NCBI GenBank assembly: GCA_964016885.1 | Contig: OZ024742.1 | Location: forward strand, 31,992,001 to 32,056,000 | From: Eledone cirrhosa | Lineage: Eukaryota | Reading direction: 5' to 3' | Length of the DNA: 64,000 nt | Shown here: in pieces, positions 15,001-27,954 of the stretch | Position numbering within the stretch: position 1 is the first letter of the stretch | How the letters are laid out: every line of letters starts with the position of its first letter | Made by a program: the position numbers and the translations under genes | The notes under the pieces: model-generated | What the model saw: the letters and a program-made list of their open reading frames with translations, nothing else | Told to the model about the DNA's origin: nothing | The model's database searches: none

Positions 15001-18000
15001 CTGTAGTCTCTGGTAACTCAATGTCTTCACTGTTACTTAACTGTTCCAACCTAATATCTGTGGTATGTGGACTGTGGTCTCTGGTAACTCAATGTCTTCA
15101 CTGTTACTTAACTGTTCCAACCTAATGTCTGTGGTATGTGGACTATAGTCTCTGGTAACTCAATGTCTTCACTGTTACTTAACTGTTCCTACCTAATATC
15201 TGTGGTCTGTGGACTGTAGTCTCTGGTAACTCAATATCTTCACTGTTACTTAACTGTTCCTACCTAATATCTGTAATCTGTGGACTGTAGTCTCTGGTAA
15301 CTCAATGTCTTCACTGTTACTTAACTGTTCCAACCTAATATCTGTGGTCTGTGGACTGTAGTCTCTGGTAACTCAATGTCTTCACTGTTACTTAACTGTT
15401 CCTACCTAATATCTGTGGTCTGTGGACTTTAGTCTCTGGTAACTCAATATCTTCACTGTTACTTAACTGTTCCTACCTAATATCTGTAATCTGTGGACTG
15501 TAGTCTCTGGTAACTCAATGTCTTCACTGTTACTTAACTGTTCCAACCTAATGTCTGTGGTATGTGGACTGTGGTCTCTGGTAACTCAATGTCTTCACTG
15601 TTACTTAACTGTTCCAACCTAATGTCTGTGGTATGTGGACTGTGGTCTCTGGTAACTCAATGTCTTCACTGTTACTTAACTGTTCCAACCTAATATCTGT
15701 GGTCTGTGGACTGTAGTCTCTGGTAACTCAATGTCTTCACTGTTACTTAACTGTTCCAACCTAATGTCTGTGGTATGTGGACAGTAGTCTCTGGTAACTC
15801 AATGTCTTCACTGTTCCAACCTAATATCTGTGGTCTGTGGACTGTAGTCTCTGGTAACTCAATGTCTTCACTGTTACTTAACTGTTCCAACCTAATATCT
15901 GTGGTCTGTGGACTGTGGTCTCTGGTAACTCAATGTCTTCACTGTTACTTAACTGTTCCAACCTAATATCTGTGTTATGTAGACTGTGGTCTCTGGTAAC
16001 TCAATGTCTTCACTGTTACTTAACTGTTCCAACCTAATATCTGTGGTCTGTGGACTGTGGTCTCTGGTAACTCAATGTCTTCACTGTTACTTAACTGTTC
16101 CAACCTAATATCTGTGTTATGTAGACTGTGGTCTCTGGTAACTCAATGTCTTCACTGTTACTTAACTGTTCCAACCTAATATCTGTGGTCTGTGGACTGT
16201 GGTCTCTGGTAACTCAATGTCTTCACTGTTACTTAACTGTTCCTACATAATATCTGTAATCTGTGGACTGTAGTCTCTGGTAACTCAATGTCTTTACTGT
16301 TACTTAACTGTTCCAACCTAATGTCTGTGGTATGTGGACTGTAGTCTCTGGTAACTCAATGTCTTCACTGTTCCAACCTAATATCTGTGGTCTGTGGACT
16401 GTAGTCTCTGGTAACTCAATGTCTTCACTGTTACTTAACTGTTCCAACCTAATATCTGTGGTCTGTGGACTGTAGTCTCTGGTAACTCAATGTCTTCACT
16501 GTTCCAACCTAATATCTGTGGTCTGTGGACTGTAGTCTCTGGTAACTCAATGTCTTCACTGTTACTTAACTGTTCCAACCTAATGTCTGTGGTCTCTGGT
16601 AACTCAATGTCTTCACTGTTACTTAACTGTTCCAACCTAATATCTGTGGTCTGTGGACTGTAGTCTCTGGTAACTCAATGTCTTCACTGTTACTTAACTG
16701 TTCCTACCTAATATCTGTAATCTGTGGACTGTAGTCTCTGGTAACTCAATGTCTTCACTGTTCCAACCTAATATCTGTGGTCTGTGGACTGTAGTCTCTG
16801 GTAACTCAATGTCTTCACTGTTACTTAACTGTTCCAACCTAATGTCTGTGGTCTGTGGACTGTAGTCTCTGGTAACTCAATGTCTTCACTGTTACTTAAC
16901 TGTTCCAACCTAATGTCTGTGGTCTGTGGACTGTAGTCTCTGGTAACTCAATGTCTTCACTGTTACTTAACTGTTCCAACCTAATTTCTGTGGTCTGTGG
17001 ACTGTAGTCTCTGGTAACTCAATGTCTTCACTGTTACTTAACTGTTCCAACCTAATGTCTGTGGTCTGTGGACTGTAGTCTCTGGTAACTCAATGTCTTC
17101 ACTGTTACTTAACTGTTCCAACCTAATGTCTGTGGTCTGTGGACTGTAGTCTCTGGTAACTCAATGTCTTCACTGTTACTTAACTGTTCCAACCTAATGT
17201 CTGTGGTCTGTGGACTGTAGTCTCTGGTAACTCAATGTCTTCACTGTTACTTAACTGTTCCAACCTAATATCTGTGGTATGTGGACTGTAGTCTCTGGTA
17301 ACTCAATGTCTTCACTGTTACTTAACTGTTCCAACCTAATATCTGTGGTATGTGGACTGTAGTCTCTGGTAAATCAATGTCTTCACTGTTACTTAACTGT
17401 TCCAACCTAATATCTGTGGTCTGTGGACTGTAGTCTCTGGTAACTCAATGTCTTCACTGTTACTTAACTGTTCCAACCTAATGTCTGTGGTCTGTGGACT
17501 GTAGTCTCTGGTAACTCAATGTCTTCACTGTTACTTAACTGTTCCAACCTAATATCTGTGGTATGTGGACTGTGGTCTCTGGTAACTCAATGTCTTCACT
17601 GTTACTTAACTGTTCCAACCTAATATCTGTGGTATGTGGACTGTAGTCTCTGGTAACTCAATGTCTTCACTGTTACTTAACTGTTCCAACCTAATGTCTG
17701 TGGTCTGTGGACTGTAGTCTCTGGTAACTCAATGTCTTCACTGTTACTTAACTGTTCCAACCTAATATCTGTGGTCTGTGGACTGTAGTCTCTGGTAACT
17801 CAATGTCTTCACTGTTACTTAACTGTTCCAACCTAATATCTGTGGTATGTGGACTGTGGTCTCTGGTAACTCAATGTCTTCACTGTTACTTAACTGTTCC
17901 AACCTAATGTCTGTGGTCTGTGGACTGTAGTCTCTGGTAACTCAATGTCTTCACTGTTACTTAACTGTTCCAACCTAATATCTGTGGTATGTGGACTGTG

Positions 18001-21000
18001 GTCTCTGGTAACTCAATGTCTTTACTGTTACTTAACTGTTCCAACCTAATGTCTGTGGACTGTGGTCTCTGGTAACTCAATGTCTTCACTGTTACTTAAC
18101 TGTTCCAACCTAATATCTGTGGTATGTGGACTGTAGTCTCTGGTAAGTCAATGTCTTCACTGTTACTTAACTGTTCCAACCAATTATCTGTGGTATGTGG
18201 ACTGTAGTCTCTGGTAACTCAATGTCTTCACTGTTACTTAACTGTTCCAACCTAATATCTGTGGTATGTGGACTGTAGTCTCTGGTAACTCAATGTTTTC
18301 ACTGTTGCTTAACTGTTCCAACCTAATATCTGTGGTCTGTGGACTGTAGTCTCTGGTAACTCAATGTCTTCACTATTACTTAACTGTTCCAACCTAATAT
18401 CTGTGGTATGTGGACTGTAGTCTCTGGTAACTCAATGTCTTCACTGTTACTTAACTGTTCCAACCTAATATCTGTGGTCTGTGGACTGTAGTCTCTGGTA
18501 ATTCAATGTCTTCACTGTTACTTAACTGTTCCAACCTAATATCTGTGGTATGTGGACTGTAGTCTCTGGTAACTTAATGTCTTCACTGTTACTTAACTGT
18601 TCCAACCTAATGTCTGTGGTCTGTGGACTGTAGTCTCTGGTAACTCAATGTCTTCACTGTTACTTAACTGTTCCAACCTAATGTCTGTGGTCTGTGGACT
18701 GTAGTCTTTGGTAACTCAATGTCTTCACTGTTACTTAACTGTTCCTACCTAATATCTGTGGTCTGTGGACTGTAGTCTCTGGTAACTCAATGTCTTCACT
18801 GTTACTTAACTGTTCCAACCTAATGTCTGTGGTATGTGGACTGTAGTCTTTGGTAACTCAATGTCTTCACTGTTACTTAACTGTTCCAACCTAATGTCTG
18901 TGGTATGTGGACTGTAGTCTTTGGTAACTCAATGTCTTCACTGTTACTTAACTGTTCCAACCTAATATCTGTGGTCTGTGGACTGTAGTCTCTGGTAACT
19001 CAATGTCTTCACTGTTACTTAACTGTTCCAACCTAATGTCTGTGGTATGTGGACTGTGGTCTCTGGTAACTCAATGTCTTCACTGTTACTTAACTGTTCC
19101 AACCTAATGTCTGTGGTCTGTGGACTGTAGTCTCTGGTAACTCAATGTCTTCACTGTTACTTAAATGTTCCTACCTAATATCTGTGGTCTGTGGACTGTA
19201 GTCTCTGGTAACTCAATGTCTTCACTGTTACTTAACTGTTCCAACCTAATATCTGTGGTATGTGGACTGTAGTCTCTGGTAACTCAATGTCTTCACTGTT
19301 ACTTAACTGTTCCAAACTAATGTCTGTGGTCTGTGGACTCTGGTCTCTGGTAACTCAATGTCTTCACTGTTACTTAACTGTTCCAACCTAATATCTGTGG
19401 TATGTGGACTGTAGTCTCTGGTAATTCAATGTCTTCACTGTTACTTAACTGTTCCAACCTAATATCTGTGGTATGTGGACTCTGGTCTCTGGTAACTCAA
19501 TGTCTTCACTGTTACTTAACTGTTCCAACCTAATATCTGTGGTATGTGGACTGTAGTCTCTGGTAACTCAATGTCTTCACTGTTACTTAACTGTTCCAAC
19601 CTTATGTCTGTGGTATGTGGACTGTAGTCTCTGGTAACTCAATGTCTTCACTGTTACTTAACTGTTCCTACCTAATATCTGCGGTCTGTGGACTGTAGTC
19701 TCTGGTAACTCAATGTCTTCACTGTTACTTAACTGTTCCAACCTAATGTCTGTGGTATGTGGACTGTAGTCTCTGGTAACTCAATGTCTTCACTGTTACT
19801 TAACTGTTCCAATCTAATATCTGTGGTCTGTGGACTGTGGTCTCTGGTAACTCAATGTCTTCACTGTTACTTAACTGTTCCAACCTAATATCTGTGGTGG
19901 ACTGTAGTCTCTGGTAACTCAATGTCTTCACTGTTACTTAACTGTTCCTACCTAATGTCTGTGGTATGTGGACTGTAGTCTCTGGTAATTCAATGTCTTC
20001 ACTGTTACTTAACTGTTCCAATCTAATATCTGTGGTCTGTGGACTGTGGTCTCTGGTAACTCAATGTCTTCACTGTTACTTAACTGTTCCTACCTAATAT
20101 CTGTAATCTGTGGACTGTAGTCTCTGGTAACTCAATGTCTTCACTGTTACTTAACTGTTCCAACCTAATGTGTGTGGTCTGTGGACTGTGGTCTCTGGTA
20201 ACTCAATGTCTTCACTGTTACTTAACTGTTCCTACCTAATATCTGTAATCTGTGGACTGTAGTCTCTGGTAACTCAATGTCTTCACTGTTACTTAACTGT
20301 TCCTACCTAATATCTGTAATCTGTGGACTGTAGTCTCTGGTAACTCAATGTCTTTACTGTTACTTAACTGTTCCAACCTAATGTCTGTGGTATGTGGACT
20401 GTAGCCTCTGGTAACTCAATGTCTTCACTGTTCCAACCTAATATCTGTGGTCTGTGGACTGTAGTCTCTGGTAACTCAATGTCTTCACTGTTACTTAACT
20501 GTTCCTACCTAATATCTGTAATCTGTGGACTGTAGTCTCTGGTAACTCAATGTCTTCACTGTTACTTAACTGTTCCAACCTAATATCTGTGGTCTGTGGA
20601 CTGTAGTCTCTGGTAAGTCAATGTCTTCACTGTTACTTAACTGTTCCTACCTAATATCTGTAATCTGTGGACTGTAGTCTCTGGTAACTCAATGTCTTTA
20701 CTGTTACTTAACTGTTCCAACCTAATGTCTGTGGTATGTGGACTGTAGCCTCTGGTAACTCAATGTCTTCACTGTTCCAACCTAATATCTGTGGTCTGTG
20801 GACTGTAGTCTCTGGTAACTCAATGTCTTTACTGTTACTTAACTGTTCCAACCTAATGTCTGTGGTATGTGGACTGTGGTCTCTGGTAACTCAATGTCTT
20901 CACTGTTACTTAACTGTTCCAACCTAATATCTGTGGTCTGTGGACTGTAGTCTCTGGTAACTCAATGTCTTCACTGTTCCAACCTAATATCTGTGGTCTG

Positions 21001-24000
21001 TGGACTGTAGTCTCTGGTAACTCAATGTCTTCACTGTTACTTAACTGTTCCAACCTAATGTCTGTGGTATGTGGACTGTGGTCTCTGGTAACTCAATGTC
21101 TTCACTGTTCCAACCTAATATCTGTGGTCTGTGGACTGTAGTCTCTGGTAACTCAATGTCTTTACTGTTACTTAACTGTTCCAACCTAATGTCTGTGGTA
21201 TGTGGACTGTGGTCTCTGGTAACTCAATGTCTTCACTGTTACTTAACTGTTCCAACCTAATATCTGTGGTCTGTGGACTGTAGTCTCTGGTAACTCAATG
21301 TCTTCACTGTTCCAACCTAATATCTGTGGTCTGTGGACTGTAGTCTCTGGTAACTCAATGTCTTCACTGTTCCAACCTAATATCTGTGGTCTGTGGACTG
21401 TGGTCTCTGGTAACTCAATGTCTTCACTGTTACTTAACTGTTCCAACCTAATGTCTGTGGTCTGTGGACTGTAGTCTCTGGTAACTCAATGTCTTCACTG
21501 TTACTTAACTGTTCCAACCTTATGTCTGTGGTCTGTGGACTGTAGTCTCTGGTAACTCAATGTCTTCACTGTTACTTATCTGTTCCAACCTAATATCTGT
21601 GGTCTGTGGACTGTAGTCTCTGGTAACTCAATGTCTTCACTGTTACTTAACTGTTCCAACCTAATGTCTGTGGTATGTGGACTGTAGTCTCTGGTAACTC
21701 AATGTCTTCACTGTTACTTAACTGTTCCAACCTAATATCTGTGGTATGTGGACTGTGGTCTCTGGTAACTCAATGTCTTTGCTGTTACTTAACTGTTCCA
21801 ACCTAATGTCTGTGGTCTGTGGACTGTGGTCTCTGGCAACTCAATGTCTTCACTGTTACTTAACTGTTCCAACCTAATATCTGTGGTATGTGGACTGTAG
21901 TCTCTGGTAAGTCAATGTCTTCGCTGTTACTTAACTGTTCCAACCTAATATCTGTGGTATGTGGACTGTAGTCTCTGGTAACTCAATGTCTTCACTGTTA
22001 CTTAACTGTTCCAACCTAATATCTGTGGTATGTGGACTGTAGTCTCTGGTAAGTCAATGTCTTCACTGTTACTTAACTGTTCCAACCTAATATCTGTGGT
22101 CTGTGGACTGTAGTCTCTGGTAACTCAATGTCTTCACTGTTACTTAACTGTTCCAACCTAATGTCTGTGGTCTGTGGACTGTAGTCTCTGGTAACTCAAT
22201 GTCTTCACTGTTACTTAACTGTTCCAACCTAATGTCTGTGGTCTGTGGACTGTAGTCTCTGGTAACTCAATGTTTTCACTGTTACTTAACTGTTCCAACC
22301 TAATATCTGTGGTCTGTGGACTGTAGTCTCTGGTAACTCAATGTCTTCACTGTTACTTAACTGTTCCAACCTAATATCTGTGGTATGTGGACTGTGGTCT
22401 CTGGTAACTCAATGTCTTCACTGTTACTTAACTGTTCCAACCTAATGTCTGTGGTCTGTGGACTGTAGTCTCTGGTAACTCAATGTCTTCACTGTTACTT
22501 AACTGTTCCAACCTAATGTCTGTGGTATGTGGACTGTAGTCTCTGGTAACTCAATGTCTTCACTGTTACTTAACTGTTCCAACCTAATATCTGTGGTCTG
22601 TGGACTGTAGTCTCTGGTAACTCAATGTCTTCACTGTTACTTAACTGTTCCAACCTAATATCTGTGGTATGTGGACTGTGGTCTCTGGTAACTCAATGTC
22701 TTCACTGTTACTTAACTGTTCCAACCTAATATCTGTGGTCTGTGGACTGTAGTCTCTGGTAATTCAATGTCTTCACTGTTACTTAACTGTTCCAACCTAA
22801 TATCTGTGGTCTGTGGACTGTAGTCTCTGGTAACTTAATGTCTTCACTGTTACTTAACTGTTCCAACCTAATGTCTGTGGTCTGTGGACTGTGGTCTCTG
22901 GTAACTCAATGTCTTCACTGTTACTTAACTGTTCCAACCTAATATCTGTGGTATGTGGACTGTAGTCTCTGGTAACTTAATGTCTTCACTGTTACTTAAC
23001 TGTTCCAACCTAATGTCTGTGGTCTGTGGACTGTGGTCTCTGGTAACTCAATGTCTTCACTGTTACTTAACTGTTCCAACCTAATGTCTGTGGTCTGTGG
23101 ACTGTGGTCTCTGGTAACTCAATGTCTTCACTGTTACTTAACTGTTCCAACCTAATATCTGTGGTCTGTGGACTGTGGTCTCTGGTAACTCAATGTCTTC
23201 ACTGTTACTTAACTGTTCCAACCTAATATCTGTGGTATGTGGACTGTAGTCTCTGGTAACTTAATGTCTTCACTGTTACTTAACTGTTCCAACCTAATGT
23301 CTGTGGTCTGTGGACTGTGGTCTCTGGTAACTCAATGTCTTCACTGTTACTTAACTGTTCCAACCTAATATCTGTGGTATGTGGACTGTGGTCTCTGGTA
23401 ACTCAATGTCTTCACTGTTACTTAACTGTTCCAACCTAATATCTGTGGTCTGTGGACTGTAGTCTCTGGTAATTCAATGTCTTCACTGTTACTTAACTGT
23501 TCCAACCTAATATCTGTGGTCTGTGGACTGTAGTCTCTGGTAACTCAATGTCTTCACTGTTACTTAACTGTTCCAACCTAATGTCTGTGGTCTGTGGACT
23601 GTGGTCTCTGGTAACTCAATGTCTTCACTGTTACTTAACTGTTCCAACCTAATATCTGTGGTATGTGGACTGTAGTCTCTGGTAACTTAATGTCTTCACT
23701 GTTACTTAACTGTTCCAACCTAATGTCTGTGGTCTGTGGACTGTGGTCTCTGGTAACTCAATGTCTTCACTGTTACTTAACTGTTCCAACCTAATATCTG
23801 TGGTATGTGGACTGTAGTCTCTGGTAACTTAATGTCTTCACTGTTACTTAACTGTTCCAACCTAATATCTGTGGTATGTGGACTGTGGTCTCTGGTAACT
23901 CAATGTCTTCACTGTTACTTAACTGTTCCAACCTAATATCTGTGGTATGTGGACTGTGGTCTCTGGTAATTCAATGTCTTCACTGTTACTTAACTGTTCC

Positions 24001-24875
24001 AACCTAATATCTGTGGTATGTGGACTGTAGTCTCTGGTAACTCAATGTTTTCACTGTTACTTAACTGTTCCAACCTAATATCTGTGGTCTGTGGACTGTA
24101 GTCTCTGGTAAATCAATGTCTTCACTGTTACTTAACTGTTCCAACCTAATATCTGTGGTATGTGGACTGTAGTCTCTGGTAACTCAATGTATTCACTGTT
24201 ACTTAACTGTTCCAACCTAATATCTGTGGTATGTGGACTGTAGTCTCTGGTAACTCAATGTTTTCACTGTTACTTAACTGTTCCAACCTAATATCTGTGG
24301 TCTGTGGACTGTAGTCTCTGGTAACTCAATGTCTTCACTGTTACTTAACTGTTCCAACCTAATATCTGTGGTCTGTGGACTGTAGTCTCTGGTAACTCAA
24401 TGTCTTCACTGTTACTTAACTGTTCCAACCTAATATCTGTGGTCTGTGGACTGTAGTCTCTGGTAACTCAATGTCTTCACTGTTACTTAACTGTTCCAAC
24501 CTAATATCTGTGGTATGTGAACTGTAGTCTCTGGTAACTCAATGTCTTTACTGTTACTTAACTGTTCCAACCTAATATCTGTGGTATGTGGACTGTGGTC
24601 TCTGGTAACTCAATGTCTTCACTGTTACTTAACTGTTCCAACCTAATATCTGTGGTATGTGGACTGTGGTCTCTGGTAACTCAATGTCTTCACTGTTACT
24701 TAACTGTTCCAACCTAATATCTGTGGTATGTGGACTGTGGTCTCTGGTAACTCAATGTCTTCACTGTTACTTAACTGTTCCAACCTAATATCTGTGGTCT
24801 GTGGACTGTGGTCTCTGGTAACTCAATGTCTTCACTGTTACTTAACTGTTCCAACCTAATATCTGTGGTCTGTGG
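1..24875. repeat. 71-bp satellite array (~350 units, runs off the window start), with 60-bp variant units lacking 11 nt; lies in an intron of MRG15
   Basis: Unit TRTCTGTGGTMTGTGGACTGTRGTCTCTGGTAACTCAATGTCTTCACTGTTACTTAACTGTTCCAACCTAA repeats without interruption and ends at ...TCTGTGG 24875. Confidence 0.99.
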
Positions 24876-24947
24876 CAAATATTTGACAATGTAGCTGTGA
24901 TGGATGGACTCTGTTGTAAGACTGAAGTGTTTTCACTTCTATTTTAG

Positions 24948-25063
24948 CTCCATCTTCAACCACCAACAGCAACAGTAATTCTTCTTCAACTGTAGCGTCA
25001 ACACAGACAGCAACTGCAGAATTGAAGCGAAAGAAAGCAAAGCTAGACTCTAATGTCGACTCG
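24948..25063 (+). CDS. MORF4L1: MRG15 internal exon (linker and basic motif): xPSSTTNSNSNSSSTVASTQTATAELKRKKAKLDSNVDS
   Basis: ttttAG acceptor at 24946-47 and GTAAGT donor at 25064. KRKKAKLDSNVDS aligns with human MRG15 RKKRARVDPTVEN. It ends in phase 0, matching the next exon. Confidence 0.85.
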
Positions 25064-25492
25064 GTAAGTTAATGTGTGTTCTTATATTACAACAATCGTC
25101 CTAGTGCTGTAGTCACCATGATAAAATGTACCCAGTATACTCTGTAAAGTGGTGTTTTCTCATGATAAAATGCACCCAGTACACTCTGTAAAGTGGCATT
25201 AGTGATGCCACAATAAAATGCACCCAATACAATCTATAAAGTGGTAGTGCTTCTACCTTGATAAAATATACCCAGTACACTCTGTAAGGTGGTTGCTTTT
25301 TTGTTGTGACCCCTACTCGTCGACTTTACAGTGTGGGTTGGGCACTTTTTGTCGGGACACCTACATGACTACTTTACAGTGTAGAAATGTCCCATCATAA
25401 TTCTACCCTGTGGTTGTGAAGTGAACTCGTTAAACACAAAACCATACCTGTACCTGTTAATTAAACATTTTTTAATTATTATTAATTTATAG

Positions 25493-25750
25493 GAAAAAGA
25501 AGAATCAACATCAAGAAGAGGCTGGAAGTTGTCAGAAAAAGTTCGGAAATCTGTATCCGAAGATAACAACAAAGTGACCAGTAGTGATTGGAACTTACAG
25601 AAGCGTGGCCGCGGTAAAGGTCGGAAAGATGTGGATTCTCCTAACGAATCCGACCAGTCGGAAATAAGTTTAAGTACAAATGTGGACAAAGATAGCAACA
25701 AACCGTGTCAAGTGGACACACAGATCAGAGAGATCAGTATCACTGAGAAG
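25493..25750 (+). CDS. MORF4L1: Candidate in-frame cassette exon (86 codons) in MRG15: EKEESTSRRGWKLSEKVRKS...KRGRGKGRK...ISITEK
   Basis: T-rich tract with AG at 25491-92, AAG|GTAAT donor, 258 nt, phase 0-0, no stop codons, non-repetitive purine-rich composition. Confidence 0.6.
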
Positions 25751-26664
25751 GTAATTTCTTACCCTCAATACTTTGATGACAGAAAATTTCTCATTCTTCC
25801 TAACTTTTGAGGACATTTGGTGCTCTTATGTGTTTGCTTCTACGGGATATATTTCATACCTGGGTCCTGGGTAATTGTTGGTACAAGATGCAACTATCAT
25901 CTTTATGTCTGCTTTTTCATGTTGGCATGGGTTGAATGAGACATTTTTGAGGTAATAATATTTTACAGTTGGATGCCCTTCCTGGTAACGACCCATAATT
26001 ATAAGTAAGGTATGTATTATACTCATCTTCACTGAGCTAAGACTTGTCTCAGTTTTATGACATTACATTCCCTTGTCATAACATACCTTAAGACTTGTCT
26101 CAATATAATATTACCATCCCTTGTCATAACATACCTTAAGACCTATCTCAGTAATATGATATTACATTCTCTTGTCATAAATTTTCTGTTATGTATCTTA
26201 AGACTTGTCTTAGTACTTTATGATATTAATTTCCCTTATATAATAAAGTATTTTATGCATCTTAAGACCTATCTTAATATTTTATGATATTATGTTCCCT
26301 TATATCATAAAACATCTGACACCAGTAAATCTTCTTTACTCTATGTTAGATGCTATCTTGGTTTCAGTCATTGGAACGTAGCCATACTGGGGCACCAGTT
26401 AAATCAACCCCTAGTACTTGATTGGCACAGGCACAGTCAACTTGGGCAGGATTTGAACATAGAATGTACAGAGACATAGCTAACTACCACAAGGTAGTCA
26501 AGTCGATGCTCTACCAATTCGCCCCACCCCCAAAATCTCTTTAAAATGTTTTATTTTACCTTTACTCTTTTATACCTGTTCCAGCCGACTGGCTGAGTCC
26601 ATGGTGGGGCACTGACATTTTTTAATTTTTCTTCAAAAAGATTCTTTTTTTATATTTTTTTTAG

Positions 26665-26766
26665 GAGGATCATTTCCCATCCAAGATGGAAGTGAAGGTA
26701 AAGCTACCTGAGGAATTGAAACCTTGGTTGGTTGATGACTGGGACTTAATCACCAGACAGAAGCAG
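26665..26766 (+). CDS. MORF4L1: MRG15 exon, start of MRG domain: [34 protein letters not shown]
   Basis: Poly-T AG acceptor and CAG|GTAG donor. Near-identical to human [26 protein letters not shown]. Confidence 0.97.
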
Positions 26767-26959
26767 GTAGAGTAGATGTTTTAGGTCTTCTCTCTTTTCC
26801 ATCTTTGCTTTTTTATATCACCTTGCCTCAAGCAGCCCCTTGTTCTATGAAACAAAATCACTGATTTTAACAAGTTTGTATTTATATTATAACCTTCCAA
26901 CATGATTTTATATAAGAGCTATATGTTAAATCATGTTGCAAATACCATCTACTTTGCCC

Positions 26960-27300
26960 TCTTATTCTTGAGAGGGTCATGAGGCAGGCAGAGTCTTGAA
27001 ACACTCCTTCCAGTGGGTCCTGTGAGAAGAAACTGTCTCCAACTGATCCAGTTGGATCCCCAAGCGAGACTAAATGAGCTTATGAATGTTATCCAACCAT
27101 CTTGCTTGGGGTCTACCCTTGGGTCTCCCGCCAGTTGGTTTTGCCCATAAAATCAGTCCAGTGATTCTTTCCTGAGACATTCTAACCACATTTCCATAGT
27201 CTCAGAACTGTGATCTTTCAATGAGAAGTATCAGCTCTACCTGGAGTGACTCTCTGGTCTCTAAGCTATGCACTCTATCAAGTAATATTACTCCAAAGAC
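26960..27300 (-). mobile_element. Degenerate RTE-type LINE 3' fragment
   Basis: Minus-strand translation LLIERSQ..GNVVRMSQERITGLILWAKPTGGRPKGRPQARWLDN matches the RTE C-terminal GH..RM...RP.GRP..RW pattern. It contains a stop codon. Confidence 0.7.
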
Positions 27301-27648
27301 CCAACAATCACTTCACCCAATGATCATCATCCATACACATCATATGTCCCTACCAGCATGGTATTTTTCCTGTACATTACATTTGATTCCTTTTATACCC
27401 AGTTTCTTTCTCATCTCATCCATGTTATTCATTGTTTATGCATATTAACATCACATATCCATCAAAGCATGCTTGTTTTATTTCTCTCCAGCTTTCGCAC
27501 ATCTACATTACTACCCATGTCTCACTGTCCTGCAATATTACACTTTACACACAGGCATCACACAGCCAGCATTTCATTTGTTGATGATGATGATCTGTCT
27601 CTGTGTTTTCTATTTCTTTTCCTTCTTTTTCTCTCTCACTCTCTCTAG

Positions 27649-27734
27649 CTTGTCTCATTACCTGCTCGGACCACAATAGACTCAATCCTGGAACAGTATC
27701 TGGCATACAAACTAAAAACTGGGACTATGTCCAA
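27649..27734 (+). CDS. MORF4L1: MRG15 exon: LVSLPARTTIDSILEQYLAYKLKTGTMS(K)
   Basis: Pyrimidine tract with AG, GTAAGT donor, phase 0-2. Matches human LFYLPAKKNVDSILEDY. Confidence 0.93.
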
Positions 27735-27954
27735 GTAAGTTTTACTTTTATATCCTAAAGAAAATTGAGCATATTTCTTTTGCTATTTCTTCTTGTTCAT
27801 TTTTTTTTCTTTTTTACCATTTGGTCAGGAGGAAAAACAGTGCCTGTGACTCTTTTCATGGCTTCCAAGAATATTGAGAGGGCGGGAGGAAGGAAGAAAG
27901 GTATAAAAAAGCTGTGGTTAAAATGACTCTTCCACAGTGTTATTGTTTTAGTTT

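Noticed and set aside
114-21446. Many short ORFs in the 71-bp satellite, and a superficial CRISPR-like look
   Set aside because: ORFs arise wherever a 60-bp unit removes a stop codon. There are no unique spacers and no cas genes, and the context is a eukaryotic intron.
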